A stretch of DNA of 54,814 nucleotides, from positions 1 through 54,814 of IMG/VR virus record IMGVR_UViG_3300033146_000595, one strand, 5' to 3'. The position numbers and the translations under genes were made by a program. This document shows positions 1-8,695 of this stretch, one piece after another. Numbering within the stretch: position 1 is the first letter of the stretch; each line of letters opens with the position of its first letter. Origin of the DNA: a virus. Lineage: Duplodnaviria > Caudoviricetes. Under the pieces are notes generated by a model that saw nothing but the letters and a program-made list of their open reading frames with translations, searched no databases and was not told the origin of the DNA.

Positions 1-55
1 AGTAGAACTTACTCCTGTGTTGAGTTATAACCAACATAAGAGTATAGTGAGATAA
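1..55 (+). CDS. 3' end of the ORF starting at 54684 (spans the window junction)
   Basis: Joining 54814 to base 1 keeps the frame open: ...TYYYRVI-A-VELTPVLSYNQHKSIVR*, stop TAA at 53-55. Confidence 0.55.
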   Translation, partial: VELTPVLSYNQHKSIVR

Positions 56-80
56 ACCATATGAGAAGGAATATAGTAAT

Positions 81-638
81 ATGACAGAATTTTGGGCATG
101 GTTCCTTTATATTGGTGGTGGATTAATATTCACCGTTAGTGTTTTGGACTCATTAATTAGATTTATTAAATGGTATAAAACAGGTAGGGCTTCGGCAGGT
201 AAACAAATTGATAAGCATATCAATGATATTATCGCTGAGGATAGAAAAACAAATTGCCCCTATCTACATGGGTATGAGCGAGATGTTTTAGCGAGAAATA
301 GAGAAAATGATTTATTAAAAGAATTCATACTCAAGGAGTTAACGCCTATAAAAGAAGGTTTAGAAGAGGTTCGGGAGTGGAACAAAAAAATGCATCATTC
401 CATAATGGACGATTTAAAAGTTAATCTTAGATCTATATATGTGCGATTTGAAAGAAAAGGGTCTATGACTAAGAACGATCAGACTAACTGGGATAAGTAC
501 TACTCCAACTACAAAGATCTTGGCGGTAATAGCGACATTAAGAGAATGGATGATATTATTCAAAAGGCAAGATTGGAGACAACGTTGGGGAAGGCACGAA
601 AAATGAAGGAGGAGAAAGAATCAAATGAAGGTAAATAG
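81..638 (+). CDS. Membrane-anchored lysis-cassette protein (holin-associated)
   Basis: One N-terminal TM helix; C-terminal YxxYKDLGGNS motif typical of phage proteins next to holins; overlaps the holin gene. Confidence 0.5.
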   Translation: MTEFWAWFLYIGGGLIFTVSVLDSLIRFIKWYKTGRASAGKQIDKHINDIIAEDRKTNCPYLHGYERDVLARNRENDLLKEFILKELTPIKEGLEEVREWNKKMHHSIMDDLKVNLRSIYVRFERKGSMTKNDQTNWDKYYSNYKDLGGNSDIKRMDDIIQKARLETTLGKARKMKEEKESNEGK

Positions 639-1035
639 AATGATGATACAGAGAGTTATAGCGGCATTGATATTCTTAATAGGATTTGTGTTTGCTATAC
701 TAAGTATGTTTGGGGTACAGGTTACCGTTAACCAAGCGGACATTAACAATGTTATATTTGGACTAGGGTCTGTTATAGCAGCTCTTATCGAGTTTGGACC
801 GTTATTATACGGCCTAGTTAAAGATAAGAATATTAGGGAACTATTATCTATCGTTAATGATGTAGTGTACGCGGTGGAAAAATCAAAAGGTCTTTCTGGA
901 CCAGAGAAGAAACAAAAAGCATTAGAAGCAATAACTACAATATGTGAAGAGCGAAACATTATATTTGACGCCGTACAGGTAGAGCAAATGATCGAATCTG
1001 TTATCGCTATATACAATACTGTAGTAAAAAAATAA
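625..1035 (+). CDS. Putative holin (LL-H-like)
   Basis: Two TM helices followed by VYAVEK..LSGPEKKQKAL...IESVI pattern of LL-H-type holins; strong RBS (aaggaggag). Confidence 0.65.
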   Translation: MKVNRMMIQRVIAALIFLIGFVFAILSMFGVQVTVNQADINNVIFGLGSVIAALIEFGPLLYGLVKDKNIRELLSIVNDVVYAVEKSKGLSGPEKKQKALEAITTICEERNIIFDAVQVEQMIESVIAIYNTVVKK

Positions 1036-1050
1036 TAGGAGGATACAAAA

Positions 1051-1221
1051 ATGAAAAAAAATGTAACTATTGAATTTGAGAACTCATCTCCAAGTGCTAT
1101 TCCTACGAAGGCTACTATACAGATGGAATTAGTTGAGGTTCCAGTTGTTCCAGCGGACGACGGTCTCGCATATGTATTAGAAGTTACCGATGGCGTTTTG
1201 TCTTGGGTACTAAAAGCATAA
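1051..1221 (+). CDS. Small hypothetical protein (56 aa, not in ORF track)
   Basis: aggagg RBS then ATG; MKKNVTIEFENSS...VLSWVLKA*. Confidence 0.65.
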   Translation: MKKNVTIEFENSSPSAIPTKATIQMELVEVPVVPADDGLAYVLEVTDGVLSWVLKA

Positions 1222-1230
1222 CTTAGATAA

Positions 1231-1274
1231 AAAAACCGAGTCTGACGTGTCTAGTACACAGGGACTTGGTTTTT
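1231..1274 (+). terminator. Intrinsic terminator ending the late/lysis transcript
   Basis: aaaaaccgagtct...ggacttggttttt stem-loop followed by T-rich tract. Confidence 0.7.
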
Positions 1275-1290
1275 GCTTTTTACCTAAACT

Positions 1291-1319
1291 CGCATGAATT
1301 ACATATACCATTATAGAAA
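1291..1319 (+). promoter_or_regulatory. Phage-specific promoter motif, copy 1
   Basis: CGCA TGAAT TACAT ATACCA TTATAGAAA directly upstream of RBS of ORF 1338. Confidence 0.75.
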
Positions 1320-1337
1320 GATAGAGGAGGAGAAATA

Positions 1338-1607
1338 ATGGAAAATTTAGATCGAATTTTTAACATAGAGAAGAACAAGAAATGGATGACATTTGGTGTT
1401 TACGAAATGGATGCTAACACAAGCACAATCGAACGAACATGTAAGGCTATGAATGTAGAAACAAGAATAGTAAATATGGAGGGCGATGTTGAGGGTGTTC
1501 ACGCCAAATTGAAAGCATTAGAGTTATACACGATTGATGTTGTCTTTGGTGAAATGGTCAAGTTAGTTATTATGAACGCGCTATTATTACAAGAAGAGGA
1601 AGAGTAA
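1338..1607 (+). CDS. Hypothetical early protein
   Basis: gaggagg RBS; lies between promoter motif and hairpin. Confidence 0.75.
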   Translation: MENLDRIFNIEKNKKWMTFGVYEMDANTSTIERTCKAMNVETRIVNMEGDVEGVHAKLKALELYTIDVVFGEMVKLVIMNALLLQEEEE

Positions 1608-1624
1608 GTTAAACACTTATTCTT
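1600..1624 (+). terminator. Cassette-closing hairpin
   Basis: aagagtaagt-taaac-acttattctt plus T tract. Confidence 0.6.
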
Positions 1625-1641
1625 TGCTTTTTACCTAAACT

Positions 1642-1670
1642 CGCACATTTTACATATACCATTATAGAAA
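1642..1670 (+). promoter_or_regulatory. Phage-specific promoter motif, copy 2
   Basis: CGCA CATTT TACAT ATACCA TTATAGAAA; 1623-1670 matches 1272-1319 at 44/48 nt. Confidence 0.75.
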
Positions 1671-1689
1671 ACTAAAGGAGGTTTTTATA

Positions 1690-1893
1690 ATGAAATTCAG
1701 TTTTATGAAGATTTTAGGAATTGGTATACTAGCCAGCATTGGAACAAATGCGGTAGTAAACACAGCAAGTAGAATTAGAAGAGACAGACTTGAAGATGAA
1801 AACTATCAAGAAGAGATTAGAAGAAAAAGAGAAGAAAGAGAAACTCGCAAAGCAGAGAAAGCAGCTAGAAAAGCAGCGGCTAAGACTGTCTGA
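1690..1893 (+). CDS. Small membrane-anchored charged protein
   Basis: Hydrophobic N-terminus, R/E/K-rich helical tail, aaggagg RBS. Confidence 0.75.
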   Translation: MKFSFMKILGIGILASIGTNAVVNTASRIRRDRLEDENYQEEIRRKREERETRKAEKAARKAAAKTV

Positions 1894-1919
1894 AGTAGAG
1901 TAAACTCTGCTTCTTTTTT
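1892..1919 (+). terminator. Cassette-closing hairpin
   Basis: gaagtagag-taaa-ctctgcttc-tttttt. Confidence 0.65.
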
Positions 1920-1951
1920 CTTTATATTTTAAAAAATAGGAGGAGAAAGAG

Positions 1952-2224
1952 ATGAAAAAAGAATTAACCGGATGTACGGATATGTGTAAGGATTTGAAGA
2001 AGCATTATTTAGTAGTGTGTCAAGTGGGGTTTGATGAAATCAACGTTAGTAGATTTCGCGCTAACTGTCCAGAGTGTGGAGCAATGTTGTATTCCGCACA
2101 ACACCCAAGTACGTTTAAATCAGTGTTTCCAATAGAAAGACCATTCTGTCACCATTGTGGGGTGCGTGTGGATTCGTCAAAAGTTGAAACGGACGAGTCT
2201 AAATATTGTAATTCGGCGGGATAA
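1952..2224 (+). CDS. Zinc-ribbon protein
   Basis: CPECG and CHHCG pairs; aggagg RBS. Confidence 0.65.
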   Translation: MKKELTGCTDMCKDLKKHYLVVCQVGFDEINVSRFRANCPECGAMLYSAQHPSTFKSVFPIERPFCHHCGVRVDSSKVETDESKYCNSAG

Positions 2225-2227
2225 TAT

Positions 2228-2256
2228 CGCATAAATTACATGCCTCTTTATAGAAA
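2228..2256 (+). promoter_or_regulatory. Phage-specific promoter motif, copy 3
   Basis: CGCA TAAAT TACAT GCCTCT TTATAGAAA. Confidence 0.75.
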
Positions 2257-2273
2257 GAAAGAGGAGGAATAAT

Positions 2274-2495
2274 ATGAGAAAATTAGGACGTTGGACAGTA
2301 ATATTTAGAGGTAACTACTTTAGAGTTATAAGAGATATGTTTGTTCGAATCTATAAGGGATTTATATTCGTTATGAGATTCAATTGGCAGATCATTAGAC
2401 ATCTATTGAGAGTTATACTATTTATAGTTGGCATCAACTGGTTTGAAGTAGAAAGACTCATCAGACGTAAAATAAGGGGAGACTATGTAACATAG
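2274..2495 (+). CDS. Small basic amphipathic protein
   Basis: gaggagg RBS; R/F/I-rich. Confidence 0.65.
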   Translation: MRKLGRWTVIFRGNYFRVIRDMFVRIYKGFIFVMRFNWQIIRHLLRVILFIVGINWFEVERLIRRKIRGDYVT

Positions 2496-2507
2496 GCTCT
2501 TCCTTTT
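2474..2507 (+). terminator. Cassette-closing hairpin
   Basis: aaggggagactatg-taa-cataggctcttcctttt. Confidence 0.6.
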
Positions 2508-2546
2508 CGTTGTTTGCGTAAATTAAACTATAGGAGGATTTTAATT

Positions 2547-2789
2547 TTGAGAAGATTTTATGTAAAGTTTTTAAAAGAAGTTTATGAAGAAGATGGTGGA
2601 GAGCACTATTCACAAGGAGAAATGGAAGTTAATATTTCAGACTACTATGCTGCGCCAACAGAGGCCAATACAAAACCAACAGAAACATGGAAGATGTTAA
2701 GTCGAAAGTTAGAAATAGAAGTGGATAAACATCTACCGAAAAGACAATGCGTTAATTACATCATTGATGCAGAATTAAGAAGTCAATAA
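2547..2789 (+). CDS. Hypothetical protein (start moved to TTG 2547)
   Basis: aggagg at 2532-2537 precedes an in-frame TTG. Confidence 0.6.
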   Translation: MRRFYVKFLKEVYEEDGGEHYSQGEMEVNISDYYAAPTEANTKPTETWKMLSRKLEIEVDKHLPKRQCVNYIIDAELRSQ

Positions 2790-2811
2790 GAAGAAAAGGA
2801 GAACGAAGACG

Positions 2812-3180
2812 ATGGGAAAATTTCTATATACAATAGTATGTAGACACTATACTATCAACGGCATAATCGAAATAGATTTATATGAAGTGCTCAGACGTCT
2901 TCGTATAAATCCTACATGGAATTCATACCACTTTATTCATTATCATGTGTATAGTGGACAAGCGGTCGAATACGTAATAAAGAAGGTATTACGCAAAGTA
3001 GATCTTAATGAACATACTAAACAATTTTATTCATATCATAGTCCTTTTTCGATTATGTACACGGGTATGTATGATTTAAAGGATGTGTCGAACATGAATA
3101 ACGAGAGCATATTTATGAGATTAGGTATGAGTAACACGGAATTTAATAAAATATACGGAAGGAAAGAGGTGACGAAATGA
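2812..3180 (+). CDS. Hypothetical protein
   Basis: aaaggag RBS, 122 aa. Confidence 0.7.
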   Translation: MGKFLYTIVCRHYTINGIIEIDLYEVLRRLRINPTWNSYHFIHYHVYSGQAVEYVIKKVLRKVDLNEHTKQFYSYHSPFSIMYTGMYDLKDVSNMNNESIFMRLGMSNTEFNKIYGRKEVTK

Positions 3181-3314
3181 TATTTGCACCATTTAGGTAT
3201 GTACTCACTGGTATGATAATAGGCGTCGTTGCCGTTAGTCTATCAAACGATTATGTTATACTCAGTAGAAGAAGATACAACAGATTAAGAAGGAGAAATA
3301 ATAATGAAGAATAA
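3177..3314 (+). CDS. Small membrane protein (45 aa, not in ORF track)
   Basis: ATGA overlap with upstream stop, gaggtg RBS; MIFAPFRYVLTGMIIGVVAVSLS...RRRNNNEE*. Confidence 0.55.
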   Translation: MIFAPFRYVLTGMIIGVVAVSLSNDYVILSRRRYNRLRRRNNNEE

Positions 3315-3540
3315 ATTATTAATGATTACCGCGGGTATTGGGTTTTTTACCGCCGGAGTATTTTCTGGAAAACAAATCCAGAAATCATCACATAAAAAGA
3401 AAACCGTATACGCTGGGACATTACAGGTATATTATGTAAACGACTCACCTGAATTATATTTAGCTTTAACCGTGCCACCAGAAGATTTAGTAAATGCAGC
3501 GGACGTTGTATTAAACGTTAGTAATGAAAAAGTTAAATAG
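3304..3540 (+). CDS. Small membrane-anchored protein
   Basis: N-terminal TM helix; AGTLQV...PELYLAL C-terminal domain. Confidence 0.7.
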   Translation: MKNKLLMITAGIGFFTAGVFSGKQIQKSSHKKKTVYAGTLQVYYVNDSPELYLALTVPPEDLVNAADVVLNVSNEKVK

Positions 3541-3567
3541 CATGAAATACATACCGTATTATAGAAA
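3539..3567 (+). promoter_or_regulatory. Phage-specific promoter motif, copy 4
   Basis: AGCA TGAAA TACAT ACCGTA TTATAGAAA. Confidence 0.7.
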
Positions 3568-3587
3568 CGTGAAGAGGAGAGAAGTTT

Positions 3588-4130
3588 ATGAAAAGTAAAA
3601 CGAAGAACGATTTGAACGCGATAATTGACGATATAGTCGTTGATTACAATAACGCAGCACCAGATGAAAAAGGAAAGGTATTAGGAGACCTAATCAAAGT
3701 AGTAAATGTTGCTAAAGAAATTGAAAGCACAACGATTGAAAATCAGATTAAAAAGAAGAAATTCAAACTAGATGTGGAAAAATTAGAGTTAGATAGACGA
3801 CGAATTGATATTGATGTGGATAAGTTAGATATGGAACGAGATAAGTTGGAAAACGATCGAGACAAATTTAAGTTAACCACGGATAATGATATTCGTAAAA
3901 TCGAACTAGATGATTCCAAATTAGAGTTTGAAAAACGGAAGTTTGGTTTCGAATTGGATAAAGTTAAGGCTGATAAAATATTTAGTGCAATTATGAAAGG
4001 ATTAGAGGTAGGATTACCATTAATTATTTATGGAGGACTGTCGGTGTTGTCATTGAAGGCTATATACAAGGATGACGTTCGAGTTCCAAGTGAGACATGG
4101 GGCTTCATCAGAAGTGTTTCAAAGAAATAA
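3588..4130 (+). CDS. Coiled-coil protein with C-terminal membrane segment
   Basis: Heptad repeats (KLELDRR/KLDMERD/KLENDRD) then a hydrophobic helix. Confidence 0.75.
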   Translation: MKSKTKNDLNAIIDDIVVDYNNAAPDEKGKVLGDLIKVVNVAKEIESTTIENQIKKKKFKLDVEKLELDRRRIDIDVDKLDMERDKLENDRDKFKLTTDNDIRKIELDDSKLEFEKRKFGFELDKVKADKIFSAIMKGLEVGLPLIIYGGLSVLSLKAIYKDDVRVPSETWGFIRSVSKK

Positions 4131-4151
4131 AGGGTATTCATATACCCTTTA
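4128..4151 (+). terminator. Cassette-closing hairpin
   Basis: Perfect 10-bp stem taaagggtat-tcat-atacccttta overlapping the stop codon. Confidence 0.6.
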
Positions 4152-4185
4152 ATCTTATAAAATAAGAAGAAAAGGAGAAATAGCA

Positions 4186-4446
4186 ATGAAGATGAACATA
4201 TTCAAAAAATTACATGACGTTGTTGATAAGGGTAGTAGTGATATAGAGAAACTCGTTACCAAAGCAGAGATGTTTGTTGAACAAACTGAAGAACTACTTA
4301 GGTCAAGTGATAACAGTATTAAGATTATCGCAGGATTTGTAGTGGCGTCAATGGGTATACAGATGATAGCATCATATACTCAATTAAGAGTTAATGTAAA
4401 AATGTTATCTATCATGAAGGGTATACAAAATGAAAAGATTAAATAA
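4186..4446 (+). CDS. Hypothetical membrane protein
   Basis: aaaggag RBS; one hydrophobic helix. Confidence 0.7.
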   Translation: MKMNIFKKLHDVVDKGSSDIEKLVTKAEMFVEQTEELLRSSDNSIKIIAGFVVASMGIQMIASYTQLRVNVKMLSIMKGIQNEKIK

Positions 4447-4660
4447 TAACCAGAACGAAATGACTAAGAGAAATAGAAAGATATTTGAAGATAGAGAGGC
4501 TGGTTCAATGATAGTTGAGCTGTCCGAAGAGTATGGTTTATCCATCCCAAGGATTCATAGGATTTGTGTTCAAGAGGAAGTAAAGGATTTACGAGATAAA
4601 AATATTCAATTGGAAAATCAAGTTAACGCATGCCATAATATTTTAAGGCATAAAAAATAG
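4430..4660 (+). CDS. HTH DNA-binding protein (Mor-like)
   Basis: RNRKIF...GSMIVELSEEYGLSIPRIHRI helix-turn-helix pattern plus C-terminal coiled coil. Confidence 0.6.
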   Translation: MKRLNNNQNEMTKRNRKIFEDREAGSMIVELSEEYGLSIPRIHRICVQEEVKDLRDKNIQLENQVNACHNILRHKK

Positions 4661-4666
4661 GAGGAA

Positions 4667-5059
4667 ATGATGAACAAATTTAAAAGCTGGTATAAACGAA
4701 ACAAAAAAACATTAGCGGTAGTAGGGTTTGGAGTCGTGGGCGGAGTTTGCGCGGTATATGCGTACAGAGGTATCAACAGCGCAATTCATATTAGTAAGGC
4801 GAAAATGCTTATGGTTGTGGAGAACAAACTTAAACTAGTACCCGATGGAGATGTAATTGATATTATAGTAGGTAATAGGAGTGATGATTTTTCAAGAACT
4901 GTAGTATCCAAGCAATGGACCAAGTTGGATGGAGAAGTATTATATTTGGGTAAGGTATTGAGTAGGGTAGAGTTATCTGATGATGAGAAGATAGCCAACC
5001 AATTGAGTCGAATCGGTCGTAGTATTACACACGCGATTAATAAGATCTCAAAAGATTAG
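4667..5059 (+). CDS. Hypothetical membrane-anchored protein
   Basis: Basic N-terminus followed by a TM helix. Confidence 0.7.
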   Translation: MMNKFKSWYKRNKKTLAVVGFGVVGGVCAVYAYRGINSAIHISKAKMLMVVENKLKLVPDGDVIDIIVGNRSDDFSRTVVSKQWTKLDGEVLYLGKVLSRVELSDDEKIANQLSRIGRSITHAINKISKD

Positions 5060-5063
5060 TATT

Positions 5064-5092
5064 CGCGTAAAATACATAGGCTATTATAGAAT
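5064..5092 (+). promoter_or_regulatory. Phage-specific promoter motif, copy 5
   Basis: CGCG TAAAA TACAT AGGCTA TTATAGAAT. Confidence 0.7.
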
Positions 5093-5118
5093 CATAAAAT
5101 AAAAAGGAGGATTTAAAA

Positions 5119-5478
5119 ATGCAAAAAGAAGTTATTATTAAAGTAGTTGAAGAAATTGCTGACGTGTTCACTAGCGCAGTAACAGTTGCCGGTATGGCAG
5201 GTGGAATGTGGGTAGTTATGGACGCAGTCGACAAAAGACTCAACAGACGAATAAAAGCTCACGCGGCTAAATTAGCTTTTGAAAATGATTTAAAAGAAGG
5301 AGAAATACAGGAAATTATTCGTATAGACAAGGGAATTCGATTCTTGGTGAAACCTTTTGTTATAGGTGTAGCATTATACATGGTTGTCAAGGTAAAAGAG
5401 GATGGTCAGTATGTAATGAGATACATTGGTAGCAGAGGAATTACACAAGCAGAATCGGTTAATATGTTTAACGAGTAA
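5119..5478 (+). CDS. Hypothetical membrane protein
   Basis: aaggagg RBS; two hydrophobic segments. Confidence 0.7.
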   Translation: MQKEVIIKVVEEIADVFTSAVTVAGMAGGMWVVMDAVDKRLNRRIKAHAAKLAFENDLKEGEIQEIIRIDKGIRFLVKPFVIGVALYMVVKVKEDGQYVMRYIGSRGITQAESVNMFNE

Positions 5479-5503
5479 AGAGAGCGTATGCTCTTTTTCT
5501 TTA
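5477..5503 (+). terminator. Cassette-closing hairpin
   Basis: aaagagagc-gtat-gctcttttt plus T tract. Confidence 0.6.
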
Positions 5504-5527
5504 TATTTTAAAAAAGGAGTAATGTGA

Positions 5528-5818
5528 ATGTATGATTTGGATACCCTGAGCGACATGATTAATTTCTTAGTTGATGAGTATCCAGATATTGATATTCGTA
5601 ACTCAAAGAAGTTGTTTAGGCAAAGAGAGTATGAAAAAATAATCATCGAGGAGATTGTTGAGTACTGTGGTGATCGACTCAGCGAAGACGTTATTGAATT
5701 GATAGAAGATTACGAGTTAGTGTATGAGTATTTCAATAACGCCCATAAAAACGATGCATACAAGTTTCAATTAAATGTGATACGTAAACTATTAAGGTTT
5801 TTAAGAAGGAGGAATTAG
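5528..5818 (+). CDS. Hypothetical acidic protein
   Basis: aaggag RBS, 96 aa. Confidence 0.7.
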   Translation: MYDLDTLSDMINFLVDEYPDIDIRNSKKLFRQREYEKIIIEEIVEYCGDRLSEDVIELIEDYELVYEYFNNAHKNDAYKFQLNVIRKLLRFLRRRN

Positions 5819-5822
5819 AAGT

Positions 5823-6173
5823 ATGACTAAATATGTAGTCAATACTAGTGTAAGTAGATTGGAAGCAATGAATGGTTATACTTGTAATTCGGAAAGCAAA
5901 GACCATTTTTTAAGACATCTGGGATATAGGTTCGCAAAGACGTGTGGTATGACTGCCATAAACAATGCGTATGAGAGCGGTGATTTAATGATTGATATTT
6001 ATGAGAAACCGGCCATCCAGACAGAAGAAAGAATATATGGGCCAAAATTAATAAAGGAATTTTGGGGCGAGTTCGGATACAAACTGGAACTCGATTATGG
6101 CGAAGAGGAAAATGTCACTAGGGTATTTACAAGTGATGTTGAGGCCCATGAATGGTTAGGAGAGAATTCATGA
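5823..6173 (+). CDS. Hypothetical protein
   Basis: aaggagg RBS, 116 aa. Confidence 0.7.
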   Translation: MTKYVVNTSVSRLEAMNGYTCNSESKDHFLRHLGYRFAKTCGMTAINNAYESGDLMIDIYEKPAIQTEERIYGPKLIKEFWGEFGYKLELDYGEEENVTRVFTSDVEAHEWLGENS

Positions 6174-6289
6174 AAGAAGATAACGGACGTGATGGAGTAG
6201 ACTTCATGATAGGATTATTCATCGCTGTAGGCATATCGATAGTGTTTTATGGTATAATAACGGGTTTAATGTTATTGATATTCTATTAA
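6170..6289 (+). CDS. Small membrane protein (39 aa, not in ORF track)
   Basis: ATGA overlap, aggag RBS, single TM helix. Confidence 0.55.
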   Translation: MKEDNGRDGVDFMIGLFIAVGISIVFYGIITGLMLLIFY

Positions 6290-6291
6290 AA

Positions 6292-6320
6292 CGCAGATTT
6301 AACATTGTCTATAATGAATA
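6292..6320 (+). promoter_or_regulatory. Phage-specific promoter motif, copy 6
   Basis: CGCA GATTT AACAT TGTCTA TAATGAATA. Confidence 0.65.
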
Positions 6321-6340
6321 ATAAAGAAGGAGGAATTTGA

Positions 6341-6553
6341 ATGAAAACTGTAACTAAGCTTGGTATAGTAGGACTTGCAACCTCAGCTATAATTTCGATT
6401 GTATTTGGAGTGATTGACATTAGTGATCGCCGTAAAGGAAAGAGACGATTCAATAAACAAGACATCGATTTAATAGCAGAGGAAGTAGCTACTAAACAAG
6501 AAGAAATTCGGTTAGCAAAACGAAGAAAACCTAAAGTTATTAAAGAAGATTAG
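6341..6553 (+). CDS. Small membrane-anchored basic protein
   Basis: N-terminal TM helix, aaggagg RBS. Confidence 0.7.
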   Translation: MKTVTKLGIVGLATSAIISIVFGVIDISDRRKGKRRFNKQDIDLIAEEVATKQEEIRLAKRRKPKVIKED

Positions 6554-6580
6554 GGGTATACACATATACCCTTTCTCTTT
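6552..6580 (+). terminator. Cassette-closing hairpin
   Basis: aggggtata-caca-tatacccttt plus pyrimidine tract. Confidence 0.6.
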
Positions 6581-6608
6581 ATATTTTAAGAAAAGGAGAA
6601 TTTAGAAA

Positions 6609-7490
6609 GTGAATGTAAAAGCAAAACAAGGAGTAGCAATAGGTTTTTCGCTATTAGGCGCCGTTGGTACTATATCGACCGCCGTATTAGTTAGAGAGGC
6701 CGCGAAGAAAGAAGAAAAAGTGTATCAAACTTTATTACCATTTAAGAAAGGTAATATTAAAGACATTTTACTTATGTATAAATTACCAATAGCAGTGGGT
6801 GTTGCCACAGTATCATCTATAGTAGCATCATCTATCATGAGTAGACGAGCTGAGGCATCATTGCTTAGTATGGCTGTCATGGCCGATCAAGGATGGAGAA
6901 GGTATAAGAATCAGGTTAAATCAACTCTTGGGATAGGTACTCATAATGATATTCTAAAGGGTATAGGTAATAAAGTACAAAAAAATAATCAATCACTCAT
7001 ACCCAAACTTTCTGACGATGATACTAGAGAGTTGTATTACGATGACCTAGTTGGATATTTTCAAGCTAAACCAGAAGATTTAATATATGCGTATGCTACT
7101 ATAAACGAGATGTTAAATACAAGTCTTGGTACCAACAAGGGTGATGTATTTGATGGCGTTACTATTGATACGTTCTTACGATTGGCGAAGGCGACTGTGG
7201 TTGGTGGTACTGGTACCGATGACTCGCTTGATGAGTGGGGTTGGTCGATGGATTATTTAGAAGAAGGTTTTAATGAGTGTTGGATACATATGGGGTTTAG
7301 TAATGAAGTTACTGACGATGGGATTGTCCCATATAAAATTATTTCATGGATTGAAGAACCCATTCTATTATGTGATTACATAGACAATTATGACGATCAA
7401 TATTCACACGAGGAAACTAGAAAGTTGAATATGGATGATTACGTCGAAAAAGTTGAATTGAGTAAGTTCAACAAGAAGAACTACAAATAA
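6609..7490 (+). CDS. Membrane-associated phage protein, DUF6353-like paralog 1
   Basis: Two hydrophobic helices then LYYDDLVGYF...INEML...WGW pattern shared with 7519 and 9395. Confidence 0.6.
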   Translation: MNVKAKQGVAIGFSLLGAVGTISTAVLVREAAKKEEKVYQTLLPFKKGNIKDILLMYKLPIAVGVATVSSIVASSIMSRRAEASLLSMAVMADQGWRRYKNQVKSTLGIGTHNDILKGIGNKVQKNNQSLIPKLSDDDTRELYYDDLVGYFQAKPEDLIYAYATINEMLNTSLGTNKGDVFDGVTIDTFLRLAKATVVGGTGTDDSLDEWGWSMDYLEEGFNECWIHMGFSNEVTDDGIVPYKIISWIEEPILLCDYIDNYDDQYSHEETRKLNMDDYVEKVELSKFNKKNYK

Positions 7491-7518
7491 TTTATGATGA
7501 AAGATGGGGCCTTAACTA

Positions 7519-8283
7519 ATGAAAAGTAATGTGTTAAAAACGGTAAAACCATTCGTGGCCAAACACGAACCAGAACTATTAATGGTGATGGGAATAAGTG
7601 GAATGATATTCTCAGTAGCATGGGGTATCAAAGCTACTGGTAAGGCGATTAGAAAAATTGACTTACGGAAACAAGAGTTAAATAAGGATAAATTAACAAC
7701 GCGAGAGGTTATACAAACTACGTGGAAATTATATTTACCAGTTGTAATTAGTACGGCCGCTTCTATACCGTGTATAGTTGCGGGGAACAGAGTTTCTAAT
7801 AAGCGTAACATGGCGCTTGCCGCCGCGTATACGATGACAGAGACAGCTTTACAGGAGTACCAGGATAAAACGAAAGAAATCCTTGGTGAGAAGAAATATG
7901 AAAAATTACAAGAACAAGTATCAGAAGAGAAGGTTCGAAATACATACCAAGAGGGTATGAAGAACGTTACATTAATAGGAGATGGCGAAAGTCTATTCTA
8001 TGAACCTTTGTCAGGAAGATATTTTAAAACAAACTGGAATCGAATATCGAAGGCCGCTAATGAGTTAAACGCAGATGCGCTGGGTAGCATGTCTGGTGAA
8101 ATAACATTAAGTGAGTGGTATGATATTCTTGGTTTACCTGATACAGAGTTGTCAGATGAACGTGGATGGACGATAGCGAACGGTAAACAGGGCATAATTG
8201 ATATTTCAATAGATTCTGTCATATCGCCAGATAACCAACCATGTGGAGCAATACGGTACAATACAATGCCTAATAAATTTTAA
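7519..8283 (+). CDS. DUF6353-like paralog 2
   Basis: PELL..G...KAT.KA...WKLYLP...ALAAAY...LFYEPLSGRYF...ANELN...LSEWYDILG...GW. Confidence 0.7.
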   Translation: MKSNVLKTVKPFVAKHEPELLMVMGISGMIFSVAWGIKATGKAIRKIDLRKQELNKDKLTTREVIQTTWKLYLPVVISTAASIPCIVAGNRVSNKRNMALAAAYTMTETALQEYQDKTKEILGEKKYEKLQEQVSEEKVRNTYQEGMKNVTLIGDGESLFYEPLSGRYFKTNWNRISKAANELNADALGSMSGEITLSEWYDILGLPDTELSDERGWTIANGKQGIIDISIDSVISPDNQPCGAIRYNTMPNKF

Positions 8284-8411
8284 TTGATATTCCCTATTAT
8301 AGGTTGTGATACGCAGGGCATGTGTATCATGGAAAAAATAGTTCACATACGTCCTAGATCGCTAGCCGATGAGGTTTTAAATATGCGCAGCGAGGTGTGT
8401 GAGTATGTCCA

Positions 8412-8440
8412 CGCAGATTATACATGGCTTATAATGAGGG
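8412..8440 (+). promoter_or_regulatory. Phage-specific promoter motif, copy 7
   Basis: CGCA GATTA TACAT GGCTTA TAATGAGGG. Confidence 0.7.
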
Positions 8441-8482
8441 AAACCTCAGTTAAGAAAAAATAAGAAAAAAGGAGAATGAAAG

Positions 8483-8674
8483 ATGGAAAATTTAGGAACA
8501 GATGTTGTTGAAGTAGTTTCAGGAGATGTATGTACGATTCAAAAAGCTTCAAAAGTATTATTGCCAGTTGCGGCAGTAATAGGATTGGGTGTATTGGTTG
8601 TATCATTATTCAAAAGAAACAAAGCTAAAAAAACAGCAGCTCAAGCTGAAGAAGTAAATCCAGAAGTCGAATAA
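8483..8674 (+). CDS. Small single-pass membrane protein
   Basis: aaaggag RBS; central TM helix. Confidence 0.7.
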   Translation: MENLGTDVVEVVSGDVCTIQKASKVLLPVAAVIGLGVLVVSLFKRNKAKKTAAQAEEVNPEVE

Positions 8675-8695
8675 TTTATTAGATAACTGGGCCCG

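Noticed and set aside
8365-8447. Hammerhead ribozyme (ccgatgag...gaaac)
   Set aside because: The core deviates from CUGAUGA and I could not build the three stems with correct geometry.
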